DNA from: Mobula hypostoma
Lineage: Eukaryota
DNA length: 64,000 nucleotides
NCBI RefSeq assembly: GCF_963921235.1
Contig: NC_086109.1
Span: 18,416,001 to 18,480,000, forward strand
Direction of reading: 5' to 3'
Position numbers and translations under genes: made by a program. The stretch's first letter is position 1. Each line of letters starts with the position of its first letter. Of this stretch, positions 12,227-26,592 are shown piece after piece. The notes under the pieces are model-generated. The model did not search any database. It was not told the origin of the DNA and was given only the letters and a program-made list of their open reading frames with translations.

Positions 12227-12660
12227 TTTTCTTTATTTCAAAACTAGAATTTATTCATAATAAAAATATATTGAAAGGAAGAATCTGTGCAAAAAAAATT
12301 TAAGCTCATAGTCATTACAGTCCAATCTTTAAGAAAACACAAACAAAGCACCATAGCCACTCACGTAGCTCTCTGTGGTGTTGCACCCTTTCATTGTTTG
12401 AGGGGATTCCCCACCCATTTCTGCCCCTTTGGGTGCTCTGTTGGAAGGAGCCTCTACTGTGGTCCTTCCCCACAGAGACTTAGCATTGGCTGTACCTAAC
12501 TTCAGTGTGTCCCTCAGCATGTACATCGACAGCTTGGACTGTGCCAGACTGCAATATTCCCTTACAGGCATCTTGCTGTGCTGGAAAACCAACAAGTTTT
12601 GGGTAAATCAAAGGGCGTCTTTCGCTGAGTTGACGACCGTCCAGCAGCACTGCCTTCTCG
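12227..12660 (-). mobile_element. Tx1/L1-clade LINE 3' fragment
   Basis: ORF end EYCSLAQSKLSMYMLRDTLKLGTANAKSLWGRTTV resembles Tx1 ORF2 C-termini; AATAAA and A-rich end follow. Confidence 0.7.
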
Positions 12661-12764
12661 TTGCCTCAGTGAAACAGCCAGCATAATAAAAAAGCCCTCC
12701 ACCACCAACTCCCGACCCTGAACTTTGTCTCATCTCTCCTCTCCCATCAAGCAGAAGGTACAAA

Positions 12765-13180
12765 ACAACACATACAAAATGCTGCAGGAACTCAGCAGGT
12801 CAGGCAGTGTCTACGGAAATGTTTCGGGTTAAAACCCTTCTTCAGGAATGAGAAGGAAGGGGGAAGGTGCCAGGATAAAAAGGTGGTGGGAGGTGGGGAG
12901 GAGAAAGAGGTCAGCTGGAAGGTGATAGGTGAAGCCAGGTGGGTGGGAAAGGTCAAGGGCTGGAGGAGAAGGAATCTGATAGGAGAGGAGAGTGGAAGAA
13001 AGGAGAACAGGACCCAGGGGGAAGTGAAAGGTAAAAGGGTAGAGTAGGAAATAGAGGGAGGGGTGAAAACATATTTTTACCAGAAGGAGAAATCAATATT
13101 CATGCCATTGGGCTAGATGGTACCTAGACAATATAAGGTGTTGCTCCTCCACCCTGAGGATGGGTTCATTGTGGCACCAC
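12765..13180 (-). mobile_element. Penelope-like element 3' fragment with hammerhead core
   Basis: Minus strand CTGAAGAAGGGTTTTAACCCGAAAC at about 12845-12821, plus a purine-rich body and a coding-end remnant. Confidence 0.7.
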
Positions 13181-13719
13181 ATACAGTGCGAGGATGATGC
13201 ACAGATTTGCATCTTTATCCATTCCTGTCAGTAGCAGGAGCTGGTGGCCAGCCTCCTGTTGGCACTGCTCAGTGCTTCCAGTTGGGTGGCAACTAGTCTA
13301 ATCTCCTTAGTCCAAACGAATCCAGTTTCGCTTGTTTGCTGACCAATCCTATTTGTTTCTAACCCAGCAGGTCAACTTAACACAGGAGATTCTACAGGTG
13401 CTGGAAACCCAGAGGAGCAAACACAAAACTCAGAATGAACTCAGCTGGAATGAACTCAGGCAGCATCTACGGAGGGGGAAAAACAATCAACATTTTGGGT
13501 TGGAATCCTTCTTTATTTTGATTCTGGGGCACACTTCAGTCCCTATGTGAATAGTGTTTACCCATCCTAGTAAGGCCCAAGAGAATGAAACTATTTTTAA
13601 ATATCAGTCCCTTAATGACCCAATATTTCCATCAACAGTGAGTTGTGACAGAATTATGTGGGAAGCAAATCTTCTCATCTGCTCTTTGATAATTTGCCTC
13701 AGTTCTAACTCAAATGTAG

Positions 13720-13945
13720 CTTGTTCCAATCCAGACAGTGCCAGCAACTCAGGTTCAATTCCCACTGCTGTTTGTAAGCCGTTGAATTTTCTCCCTATGA
13801 CCACATGGCTTTCTTCCAGGTGCTCTGGTTTCCTCCCACATTTCAAAGATGCAGGGGTTGATAGGCTAATTAGTCACATGGGTGTCATTAGGCAGCACGG
13901 GCTCATTGGGCCAGAAGGTCCTGTTACTGTTCTGTATCTCTAAAC
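13720..13945 (+). mobile_element. HE1-like V-SINE
   Basis: B-box GGTTCAATTCC, V-domain TGCTCTGGTTTCCTCCCACATT, tail GGGCCAGAAGGTCCTGTTACTG. Confidence 0.8.
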
Positions 13946-15547
13946 TCTATGAAACCCTCAGAGGCCTTGTTATTTAGAAAGGGAGGTGAGGTAGGGCAAA
14001 TGAAGAAAACAAGTTTAACATCGGTTGTGGGGAAAGTGCTGCAATCAATTATCAAGGGCAATGTAAATAAACTTTCGGAAAGTCAATGCGCTGCGAAAGT
14101 TAAGTCATGTTTATTTAGCAAGGAAGTTTTCCTAATTGGTTTTGCTATTCACTGATGGAACCTGAAAGTTGTGGGCAAAGCCAGTACTAATTGTCACTTA
14201 ACTGGCTAGCTTGTGGTCATTTTGGAGATTGACTAAGGGCCAATCGTGTTGCTGGGGCTGTACAGTCACATACAGGCTGGTGGTAACAAACAGGTGCAGC
14301 CACACAAGTTGCTCCACCATTCAGTACAATTATAGCTGATAGGTAAATTTACTCAATATACTTAGTTTTGCTTCATATCCCTTGATATCTTTGTTTAGCA
14401 GCATTCCATCACCTTCAACGTTTGCATGTTATACAGCATCAATTGCTATTTGCAGAGGAGAATTGACCTAACCGTGTGCTGTACTGTCTTGTGACACAGA
14501 AGGCTATTCAGCCTATCAGTCTATGCCAGCTCTCAGAAGAACCCAATCAATCCCATTCTCCAACGAGAGAAAATCTGCAGATGCTGGAAATCCGAGTAAC
14601 ACACACAAAATGCTGGAGGAACTCAGCAGGCCAGGCAGCCTCTATAGAAAAAAGTACTGTCGGCGGAGTCCCATTCTCCCCCTATTTCCCTGCAACCTAA
14701 TTATTAGCAGTGGCCAATACTGGAGAACATCTGTTCAAGGGGAGTGAAGAAAATTTTTCAATGCAGAAAGAAGTGGGTGCCTTGAATGCTGGGAGGTGTT
14801 GGTTAAGGCTGATACACGAGGTAAGAAACTCCTGGATAGGCATATGGATGTTAAAACAATGGAGGTGAGTTGTGAAGGAGGGAAGGTTTAAATTGATCAT
14901 TGTATAGGTCAGCACAACATCACGGGCTGAAGGGCCCAAACTATCCCAAGTTCAAATCGTATTCATGTGCCCATCATCTTCCTTGATATGCCTGCCAGTT
15001 ACCAACACTGGGGGTAATATAGAGCAGAAGGTCACCCTTACCAACCAGCACATTTTTGAGATATGGGAGTGCCCAGAAGAAACCCATGCAGAAACAGGGA
15101 GAACATGCAAACTCCACACAGACTGCTCCACTACAGTTTAGCAACACTGTAACCACTTTGGTCACTTTCCACTAAAACAGTTCATTTTTGTTTTAATTAT
15201 GTTCATTCATGTAGGGATTGTGTATAACTTAGTTTATGTTTTTTTCACATAAATTCTGGCTGTGCGCTGCTCAGAGCCTGTGATGCTGCTGCGAATAAGG
15301 TTTCTCATTGCACCTGTGCATACATGTACTTGCGCACATGATAATAAACTTGACTTTGACTTTGACCAGATGTCAGGGTTGAACCTGGGTCACTGGAGCT
15401 TTCAGGCAACGGCAACACCACTTTACCTTCTAAAGCTAAATTTCTCATACCTGCTCCATGTATAAATGTTTCATAACTTCACTCCTGCAATTGCTGAGAA
15501 GCCATCGTGAGCACACACATATAAAAGAATATAATAAAAAAGCCCAT

Positions 15548-15718
15548 GCCAGCCAGTGGTGTAGAGGCATCAGCACCGGGCTTCGAGGCGAATGATCCTG
15601 GGTTCAAATCTGGCTGGCTTTCCATCTGTGCTGGGTTGAGCTAGCAAAAACAGACAATTGCTATAGAATTGGCAAGGTTGCCGCCCGATGTGCCGCAAGG
15701 CACAGAAAGGAACAACGA
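15548..15718 (+). mobile_element. tRNA-derived SINE with the same head as 26593-26807
   Basis: GTGGTGTAGAGGCATCAGCA, B-box GGGTTCAAATC, TTTCCATCTGTGCTGGGTTGAG. Confidence 0.75.
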
Positions 15719-16367
15719 CCTCTTGTTAGAGATTTAAACATCTTGTTAGAGATTTAAAGTTAACATGGTAAGGTATTTGCTCAGAAGTAGCAGGGCAATA
15801 GTGTCAGGGGACTGGGAATGAATGTATTCCTCAGGTTTTCTTTGTCGAGCTGCCATCTATCCATATCACTTACTCTCTTGCTCTGTTTATCTCTCTCTTT
15901 TTCTCCCTCCCCCTTCCCTTCTTGGTCTCTTTTTCTCTCTCATTGTTTAGCGCCAGCAAGTTTAGACACAAAGTACAGTCGCTCAGCTTTGCACACCCTG
16001 TCTTGGCAGGATTATTGTGAGCTGGAAGAGCAATGAATAGAAAATTACCCAATTCATCCAGTGATACACAAATATGTTTTTCAGAAAAGGGCATGTGGAC
16101 TTACAGAATCTTTTCTGTTTGGTTTTAGTTATGAGTAACCAGAAACTTCTGTTTTCAGTTGAATGCATGAAGATATAAATTCTAAGGTTTAAGAGTTGAG
16201 CATATGTTCCGATAGCTACCAAACAGTAAACAGCTAATCATAAACGCAAGAGCTGCTGAAAATCTTGAACAAAACACAGAAAATGCTGGAGGAACTCAGC
16301 AAACCAGGCTGTCTTCTTTTTTTTTTACCCTAATGTCCTCTTTCAATTCATTGTATATACTCACCTA

Positions 16368-16908
16368 CACTCAGTTGCTACTTTATTAGGTACACCTGCC
16401 TATTAATGCAAATATCTAATCAGCCAATTATGTAGCAGCAACTCAATGCATAAAAGCATATAAACGTGGTCAAGGGGTTCAGTTGTTGTTCAGACCAAAC
16501 ATCAGAATGGGAGAAGAAATGTGATCCAAGTGACTTCAACCTTGGAATGATTGTTAGTGCCAGATAGGGCGGTGTGAGTATCTCAGAAACTTCTAGGCTC
16601 CTGGGATTTTCATGTGCAAGAGTTTTTGAACTCCGCAGCAAATGGTGCAAAAGACAAATAAACAAATTTTTAAAAATCCACTGAGTGCCCATTCTGTGGG
16701 CAAAAATGCCTTGTTAATGAGAGAGTTCAGAGGAGAATGGCCAAACTGGTTCAAGCTGACAGGAAGGCAACAGTATCTCAAATAACCAAGTGTTACAACA
16801 GTGGTGTGCAGAAGAGCCTCTCTGAATGCACAACACGTCAATCCTTGAAGTGGATGGGCTGCAGCAGCAGAAGGTATAGGAGGTAACTGATGAAGTGGCC
16901 ACTGAGTT
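16368..16908 (+). mobile_element. Non-autonomous Tc1-family DNA transposon
   Basis: TIRs CACTCAGTTGCTACTTTATTAGG ... AAGTGGCCACTGAGT; decayed transposase N-terminus beginning ATGGGAGAAGAAATGTGATC. Confidence 0.85.
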
Positions 16909-19900
16909 TTCATGACTCAAGATATATATTTCTGAATACAACAGTGACATATAAGTGTTGTAGTTGTTGCAATGCAGGGAATATAACAATCAATTTGCAC
17001 ATTATTAACATCTGCAAATAGCAATGAAATGAGTGTCTGGATGACTTTAATAAAGTCAGGGTTGAAGGATGAGCATTGGACACAAGCCCTCTATTCTTCT
17101 TTATAATCATCATGTATGAATGTATACATCCCATTCATAAAGCAATTGGATCATCAGTATAACCTCATCAACCTCGACATCCAATTCCCTCGATGAACTT
17201 GATGTATACATTAGAACGCTCTAAGTGGGATATCACTGGGGCAACAGGGTAGCAGAGTGGTTAGCACAACACTTTACAGCACTGGCTGTGAGATCGGAGT
17301 TCAATTCCTGCTGACGCCTGCAAGGAGTTTGTGTATCTCCCCATGACCATGTGGGTTTCCAGCAGGAATGGAACCGCAACCTTCTGAAATCCGACATGGT
17401 AAAATGCTACACTAACCACTACACCACAGTGCTGCTCTAAGGACATCAAAAGGAACCTTTTCCTCTGAAGTTGAGACAAAGATTGGGTCTAACATAACTT
17501 AAACAGTGTAAATGACATCAGAAGGTAATGCTGGTGTAACTGGAGAAGGGTGGGTCACCAAATTGGACGGAATTGCTTTTGATTGCTATTAGACCACAGG
17601 TCTGTTGCTAAATCAAAACAGGCTATATCCATGTTGGTAATATGAAATGCCTTCCTCTTCATCCTCTGCCCAAGTCCAATAATAACCTTTTGAGCTCATT
17701 GATCCGCCTGGGATCCCAGTGGCCTGGGTGCAGTACAAGTTGCAAGTTGGAAGTTTGAACAGGCAGGACTGGACAGTCATGGGGCAGATCACCTAATTTC
17801 CCTCGGGATCAATGAAGTATGTCTATCTATCTTTCTGTCTATCCATTTGCCCTGCCATTTAGAATTCCGGGAAAAGGTAAGCAGGTTATAAACACGAGAG
17901 TTTCTGTAGATGCTAGTAACTCCTGGGGGCACACAAAAAGTGCTGGCAGAGCTCAGCAAGTCAGGCAGCATCTACGGAGAGGAATGAACAGTCGATGCTT
18001 TGAGCTGAGACCCTTCATCAGCATGTTTCAAAGCTCTGTGTGACCCTCTCCAATCTGCTCAGCTTTTCCTGATCACCTATTATTATTATGGTCTCACCAG
18101 GGCCTTGTAATGTTGTATCCAAAGTCTTACCCTGCCTTTCAAGAAAGGCTATCATTCTATCCACGTTCTTGTAGCCTCTACCTTCTAGGATCCATCTCCC
18201 AGGTCAGAATTGGCTGTTGGAAATATCTGGCAGTTCAGATTCCCTCAGGATGACAAAAACCATGTTTGCTTTCCAGAAACTTGGCATTCTCCACAAGGAA
18301 ATTGTTCTTGTGATTCACAACCACCTGAAAATTGCAGGGATTGAAACTTTTCCCGTTCATGACATGCTTATAAAATGAAGCTATTATGGGCACATAAATG
18401 ATAAACAGATAATGCTGGAAATATGCAGCAGACCAGGCAGCATCTGCGGAGAGAGAAACAGAGTGAACATTCCAGATCAACGATAGTCTGATTGGAATGT
18501 CCTTTTGTGAGAAAGAAGCCTCCTAGACTTCTCGTTGCTTCGATGTGGAGGATAGTAGTTACCCTTAAACTTGGTTGTGAGAATACACTGTAGCTCTCAG
18601 GGGATTATTCTGGCAAATGGTTATGGGAAAAAGATTTGGTAGAAGAAACCTATTGCTGTTGCATGAAAAATAGAGTTGGAAGTACAAAAGACAAAGAAAA
18701 ATCCTATAATGCATTTCTTGCTGGTTAATAGGTTGTGAAATCCTCCATCAGAATTTTGAATGGAAATTTTAATATTTATTCATTAACGATAACCCAGTTG
18801 TAATTGATATTCTAGACTCTTATTGTACAATATTATTTTCCTGCTTTTAACTTTCTCTCTTGAGAGTAACTAGAGCCACCAAGGGTTGATATTCAAGACA
18901 GATGTGGCATCTGAAGAAATAACAACAGCAAGAGCAATTCTGAACTAATCAGATAACACCATAATCATGACAAACTAATATTACAGCTATTAGTAGCACA
19001 TTTACCACACAGCTGTGGCAGACATTACCATCATCCTCATAACTATTAATAATGGATATCACTAGTACAAGTAATGCTAGGATTGATGTTAATCATATCG
19101 CCACTTAACATGAATACAAATGCCACTTGAAAAACTACCTTCCAGATACCTATTAACAATATAATTTATATTAGTACAGTAATTGCACATAATCCCAACT
19201 AAAATAATTACCACTGATTCAAAGTATATTTATAATCAAAGTGTGTATGCAGTATACAACCCAAGATTCGCCTTCCCCACTGACAACCACAAAACAAAGA
19301 AAACCTTGGACCTGTTCAAAGACAAACATCAACCCCGCACAAAAAATAACTAATCCGGCAAATGGCTACAAAAAACTGAACAAAAAACACAGAATATAAA
19401 AGACTAAATCAAAAGAGTCCAGGCATACTCAGTTCAGCTCAGTGTTCATTCTCTGTATGCTGCCCAATTTCAAAATCGCCCAAAATAGCATGTTTGAATC
19501 TTGAATTCATGAACCAATACCAATCTCTTCTCCTGCATCAACATTGCCAAAACTGAGACTGTAGTTAAATTCACTTGGCTAATTGAGCAGGCCACCTTGT
19601 ACATTACAATGAAACTGGTAGTTTCATTAATAACAGCATTGCATATCCCAGATTTTTAATTAATTTGGAATCTGAAACTGTCCAGAGTGTCTCTTTAATC
19701 CGTGCACTCTCCCTATTTTTATTAATATTCACCTTTGCCAAATTTCTTGGGGAAACATTTCCATCAGTTCTACATCCATGTCCTCTAATGTTGATGTTCC
19801 ACATACAGGCTACCATTAATTGTGAAGGAATTTCTCTTCTGATTTAAATTGTTTGGAATCTCAAAGTGGAACTTCTTGTTATTCATTTGGTGGACGTGGA

Positions 19901-20832
19901 GTGTTGCTAAGAAGGTCAATATTACTGCCTATACATAAGTGGTCTTGATAAGGTAGTGAGGAGTGAAAGTAAATTACTCACCAAAATGATTGTATCACTA
20001 AGGTTGCCAATGTAACCCCTGTTACTGATTGTGCCAAATACATTTTTATTCATCTCTATAGTTGCTGCTTGACTTGCTGAGCATTTTGAGTGGGGTCCTT
20101 ACCAATGTGCTCTTCTTGCCCTCACCATCTAACCTTTATCTTAGGTCCAAATTCAATTCTCACCCAAGCCCTCAGCTTTAAGCAGAAAGAGCTGGCCTGT
20201 GACCTGTGATCCTGATCTTTTCAATGTGCTAATGGACTGTAGAAAGGTTAAGTAGAGCTGTGCTTTATTTATTTCACTTCACCTTGATGTTTATTAATTA
20301 TTTGCCAATGATTTAATGTACACTTAATTACATTTTAAATTTCTTTTTAAGATCATTTAGACATCTCTGACTATTTCTCTACTACCCAATCCCATTCTCA
20401 AATGGATTGGGGATTACATTTTTTTCAATTTTCACCTGGTTGAAAGGAATTTCAAATTGAATGCTTATTAAAGCTAATTTTGAGTCAATGAGAATTTAAA
20501 TGATGTTACCTTTCATTCTTGGAATGATTCCTTTTTTTCCCATTTAGTGAATTCAAACTTCGTTAAAATATAAAAATACCGTACAATGCCACTTTCCTTG
20601 TTGGGCAATTTCAAGGACTGAGAGCTAAGGGTTAAGTTTTCAGTAAACTTTAATTGATAAACCGGTGTTGTACTCTAGCAAATGTTTGGTTTGGAGCCTT
20701 GGGACTTATTGGCTGATGCAATAATTTGGCTGATGTTCATGTATATTTCTACATACTTGTTTTAGAACCTTCATAAATTAAACAGTAACTCAAAAAGCAG
20801 TGTGAAGGCAAGAAATCTGGAACAGATGTAAG

Positions 20833-21330
20833 AAAACCATAAGACCATAAGTATAGGAGCAGAATTAGGGCATTCAGCCCATTGAGTCTGCTCTGCCCAT
20901 TTGATCATAACTAATTTATTATCGCTCCTAACCCCATTCTCCTGCCTTTTCCCCGTAACCTTTGATGCCCTGACTAATCAAGAACCTGTAAAACCTTCAC
21001 TTTAAATATTCACAGCTGTCTGTGGCAATGAATTCCACAGATTCACCAACCTCCTTGTACTCTGAGTCTGTGCTTTCTGGTCATAGGCTCCCCCACTATA
21101 GGAAAAATCCTGTCCACATCCACTTTATCTAGGCCTTTCAATATTTGATAGGTTTCATTGAGCTCCCCCCTCATTTTTCTAAACTCCAGCAAGTGCAGGC
21201 CCAGAACCATCAAACGTTCCTCATAGCCCTTTAATTCTCAGGAACATTCCTGTGAACCTCCTCTGGATCCTCAACAATGACAGCCCATCCTTCTTTAGAT
21301 AAGGAGCCTAAAACTACTCACAATAAGATC
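20833..21330 (-). mobile_element. Degenerate CR1 3' fragment
   Basis: CCATAAGA tail repeat and the ORF2-end sequence shared with other copies. Confidence 0.85.
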
Positions 21331-22095
21331 TCTATCATCCTTAAACCTTTTGTGAGATGGTGCAATCATTTGCAAGGTTAATTTTTAGGCCAGAGGCTTT
21401 GTCAACTTTCAAGACAGAATTCCTAATTCAAAAGAAACTAAGCATGTAAGAGAAATTGGGAAGTGTATGAGTAAATGTGTTTGGAGGATAAATGCCAAAG
21501 CAGCCAGTTTGTGTCAAGGGTTTAGTTACATAAAATTTATATTTACATAATTGATGTCTTGGGCTGAGGCCCTTTGTCGGACTGGATGAAGGGTCTCGGC
21601 CTAAAGTGTCGACTGTTTACTCTTTTTCATAGATGCTGCCTATCCTGCTGAATTCCTCCAGCATTTTGTGTGTATTCATCCTTGTAAAGTGTGTTCATTA
21701 CTGTTCAAACCAAACCTTACATTTTTAATAACACTGACTTATCACCCAGTAATCTCCTCCATCATAACATAAACAGCTCTGCTATTTTTTTTGCCTGTGT
21801 CGATTTTAACATTTTTTACATACCAGGAAGTGAGGTAATGAAACATTGCTTTCATTCCTTTATCGCCTCGCCATCCGGCAAATAATTCAGCTTTGCACAC
21901 ACCTTGAACTGTCTCTTTCCGGATCTGAACTGCAAAGTTCGAACCAGCTTAAATGTGGTCAGGATATTTACTGATGTGGTTGACTTGCAGAAACAATCAA
22001 TGGTATAGAAGTTTTGTCAGTTTCCAAGACTCAGTTTTTAGCTGAGCAGAAAAAGAGGGTCAGAGGAAATTTGTAAACACAGAAGTTTTTATATC

Positions 22096-24450
22096 TCATA
22101 GAGGTTTTTGGAGGAAGTCGCCAGGAAAGTTGATGAAGGAAAACCAGTGGATATTGTCTACATAGACTTTACTAAGGAACTTGACAAGGTCCAGCATCAA
22201 AGGTTGGTCAAGAAGGTTCGGTTGCCCGGCATTCAGGATGAGGTAGTACATTGGATTAGACATTGACCTTGTGGGAGAAGCTAGAGAGTGGCAGTAGGTG
22301 GTTGGCTCTCTGATTGGAGGCCGGTGACTAGTGGAGTGCTGCAGGGCTCGGTGCTGGGTCCATTGCTGTTTGTCATCTATATCAATGATCAGCATGAAAA
22401 TGTGGTTAACTGGATTGGCAAATTTGCAGATGACACCAAGATTGGGGGTGTAGTGGACAGCAAGGAAGGCTATCCTGGTTTGCAGCAGGATCTGGACCAG
22501 CTGGAAAAGTGGGCTGAAAAATGGCAGATGGAATTTGATGCAGACAAGTGCAAGGTGTTGCACTCCACTAGGACCAGCCAGGGTAGGTCTTACATAGTGA
22601 ATGGTAGGACAATGAGGAATATGGTGGAACAAAGAAATCTGGGCATACAGGTCCATAATTCATTGAAAGTTGTGTCTCAAGTAGTCAAGGACATAACAAA
22701 AGATCTTGGCACATTGACCTTCATAAATATGGCAGGGATAAACTGATTCACAGGAGGCAAAGAATGGGAATAAAGGGAGCTTTTTTCTGGTTCGCTGCCA
22801 GTGACTAGTGATGTTCTACAGGGGTCTATGTTGGAACAACTTCTTTTTACGTTATATATCAATGACCTGGATAGTTTGTTGCAAAGTTTGTGGATGATAA
22901 GAAGATAGGTGGAGGAGCAGGTAGTTTTGAGGAAGTAGAGAGGCTACAGAAAGACTTAGACAGATAAGGAGAATTGGCACAAAACTGGCAGAAGGAATAC
23001 ATTGTCAGGACGTGTATGGTCAATGCCCTATGGTAGAAGAAACAAAAGTGTAGACTATTTTCTAAACTGAGAGAAAGTTCAAAAATCTGAGGTGCAAAGG
23101 GACTTGAGGGTCCTTGTGAAGGATTCTCTAAAGGTTTATTTGCACGTTGAGTCTGTGGTGAAGAAGGCAAATGTGATGTTAGCATTCATTTCAAGAGAAC
23201 TAGAATATAAAAGCAAGATCTAATCTTGAGGTTTTATAAAGGCTTTATAATGTTGAAGCCTCACTTGGAGTATTGTGAGCAAATTTGCTTCCCTTGTCTT
23301 AGAAAGGATGCGCTGACACCGGAGAGGGTTCAAAGGAGGTTCACGAACATGATTCTGGAATTGAACAGCTTGTCATATGAAGTGCATTTGATGGCTCTGG
23401 GCCTGTATTCACTAGAACTTAGAAGAATGAGGGATGACCAATTGAAACCTTTAGAATGTTGAAAGGCCTTGATAGAGTGGATGTGCAGATGATGTTTCCT
23501 ATAGAGTCTGGGACCAGACGACTCAGCCTCAGAATTGAGGGGCATTCTTTTAGAACAGAGATGAAGGAGGAGGGATTTCTTTAGCCAGAGAGTGATGAAT
23601 TTATGAAATTCATAGCCACAGGTGGCTGTCGAGGCCAAGTCTTTACGTATATTTCAGGAAGAGGTTGATAGATTCTTGATTAGACAGGGCATGAAGTGAT
23701 ATGAGAAGAAGGCAAGAGATTAGGGCTGAAAGGAAAAATGGATCAGCCATGATGAAATGACAGAGCAGACTCAATGGGCCAAATTGCCTAATTTTGCTCC
23801 TATATCTTAAGGTCTTAGGGTCTTATGGTCTTAAAAGTCAAAGTACTGAATACAGGCGATGGGATGTCATGTTGAAGTTGTATAATACATTGGTGAGGCC
23901 TAATTTGGAGTACAGTGTGCAGTTTTGGTCACCTACCTATAGGAAATATGTAAATAAGTTTGAAAGAGTACAGAGAAAAATTTACAAGGACGTTGCCAAG
24001 TTTGGAGGATCTAAGTTACATAGAAAGATTGAATAGGTTAGGACTTTATTCCTTGGAACGCAGAAGACTGAGAGGAGATATGATAGAGATATACAAAATT
24101 ATGAGGGGTATAGGATAGGTAAATGTAAGCAAGCTTTTTTCACTGAGGTTTGGTGGGACTACAACCAGAGGTCATGGGTTAAGGGTGAAAGGAGAAAAGT
24201 TTAAAGGGAACATGCAGGGACACTTCTTCACTCAGAGGGTCGTGAGGATGTGGAACAAGCTGCCAGTACAAGTGATGCATGTGAGCTTGATTTCAACGTT
24301 TAGGAGAAGTTTGGATAGATACATGGATGGTAGGGGTATGGGGAGCTATGGTCTCAGTGCAGGTCGATGGATGTAAGCCACTTAAATCGTTCAGCATGGA
24401 CTAGTTGGGCTGAAAGGCCTGTTTCTCTGCTGTACTTGTCTATGACTCTG
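22096..24450 (+). mobile_element. CR1 fragment with a second CR1 subfamily copy nested inside (about 22728-23833)
   Basis: Outer frame ...GTLTFIN breaks at about 22727 and resumes QSTEYRRWDV at about 23839. The inner copy has its own RT remnant and a GGTCTTA(T/A/G) tail. Confidence 0.9.
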
Positions 24451-26592
24451 AGAGATTCTGTGGACGCTGGAAAACCAGAGCAGCACACACAAAATGCTGG
24501 AAGATCTCAGCAGGTCAGGCAGCATCTATGGAGAGGAATAGAGAGTTGACATTTCAGGCCGAAACCCTCATCAGGACTCAGATGTTTAATCCTCTCCATT
24601 GATGCTGTTTAACCTGCAGAGATCCCCCAGCATTTTAGGTGTGTTATAAGTAATCCTAATAAATAAGGGTTTTTACCATTGTTTGAGCAGCAGTCTCATA
24701 TCACTTTGCGGAAGTAACAGTTTTTCCTGGTCTCAGATTAAAGTCTCACCATAAATCATATCATATGGAAAGGACCGAAATCTCTCTTTTTTAAATACAA
24801 AACACATTGAGGTTGTGGATGCGTAACCGGAGTTAATGATTAAAGCAGCAATTTATGGGACAGATCAGTGGTTCAAGTGGTTGGCTATTTGGGACTGGGA
24901 TTAAAGCTTGTGTGAGGGATAATGAACTGGTTGGGCAAAGCCAGTTTATTTCACATTGCAATGTGCATGTAATTTTGTAACCACCATCTGAACCTGACCT
25001 GTGATTACTGCCTTGTAATCTGTCCGATGTCTCCTTCCATGTTTATGTTCTGTCCAGATGCTCAATGAGTTTAGATCTGCTTTGGATTCATGGCTCCTCT
25101 AGTTCATTCAATTTTCATGTCTTTCCAGCTCTACTTTTGTGCCTATTTTTCTTGCAATTGCCCCAACTAGAGACAACACAAGTTATTTCAGCAACTAAAA
25201 GAAGCTAAGTAAGAATATTGACAACATAATGGAATGGCAAAACATTGACAGAAGGAATATGTTGTGACTGAACCTGTAACTGGGAAATATAAAAGTCTTT
25301 ATTCACACAAAAAACCTTCAGGAGAGAGTCCAAGTGAATCCAAGAGAGTTTTACTCTCCTAACGCGACGTTTTGTACTTCTTCAATATAAAGTTAACAAT
25401 ACGAGTAACTGCAGTTTCAATTGCTGTAATCACCAACTTAACCTTTGGAATATAGTCAGATAAGTGATTTGAAGTTCAAAGTAGACTTAATATCAAAGTA
25501 GGCATATGTCACCAAATTCTACCCTGAGATTCATTTTCTCAAATTTGCAGGATCATATATTTAGAATGGCAGCACATCCCAACTAGCAGAACGCCTTTGA
25601 ACATACAGTACTGTTCTTTATTCCAAAAGCCTCTGGACATCCAAAATATGCCACTTCTGTTACAGTGCTGATGGATGGTTCCATGGATATACAGCTAACC
25701 AGAAGGTTAAGAGACAAAACAGACCCAGTCTGCCTTAAGTGGTAGGGATACAACTTTAACAACGTGCTAAAAGCTTTGGTGTTCTAATGTTTTTCTGTCA
25801 TTCATTCTTTGGGTTCTTCTTCTTTTTGTTGATGTCTGTGCAGAGTAAGAATTTCAGGTTGTGTACTGTATCCATTTTCTGATATTAAATGGAACCATTG
25901 AAACCATTGAAAGCAGGAACGTTCATCTATTGTCTTCAAGACAACAGAATCAGAATAACCCATTAAATTGCATACAGGCTTTATTTCCTGTAATCTGGTT
26001 CTCATTTTAGTTCATCTGTAATTATGCTTTCCATAATTTCATAAACCCAGAATGATCCTGAACAGAATACAACATAATTAAACGTGAGGTGGTGTATTTC
26101 ACATTATATTTTGAGTGGTGTCGTGCACTTAATATTTCAGTAATATTTGAGTAATATTGTAAATATATTGTTTGATTAAGCATCTTTGTTGTTTACGTAA
26201 TTTATTGCAGGCTATATGTAAAAGTACATGAATGGCATACGTCAGTACACCACCACATCTAAGTGTGCACCTCACTAAAGTAAAATATAAACATGCAAAT
26301 TATCCCTGGCTCCATGTTATTTTTCTTTCAATTAATTTTGTCTTTCAGAGTTACAAAACATAACAGTGGTGACGAGTGAGTTTTAAAGCAAACCTGAGAT
26401 GACTACCTACCCGTTGAAGCACAGCAAGACTTTTGAGTTAAAAAAAAAGTGCAAGATGCTTTCTTTGAAAGAGGGGAGAATTGGTCAAGTTAAAATATAA
26501 AGCGCAACATGTGTCTGTTCTGAAGAGGGAATGAGATGGTTGAAAATAGAAGAAATTCATGGGTTCGTAAACAGAGAGTACCAGGTGATAAT

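Noticed and set aside
15721..15758. Direct repeat TCTTGTTAGAGATTTAAA x2 as a CRISPR-like unit
   Set aside because: Only two copies separated by 2 bp; a simple local duplication next to a SINE tail.
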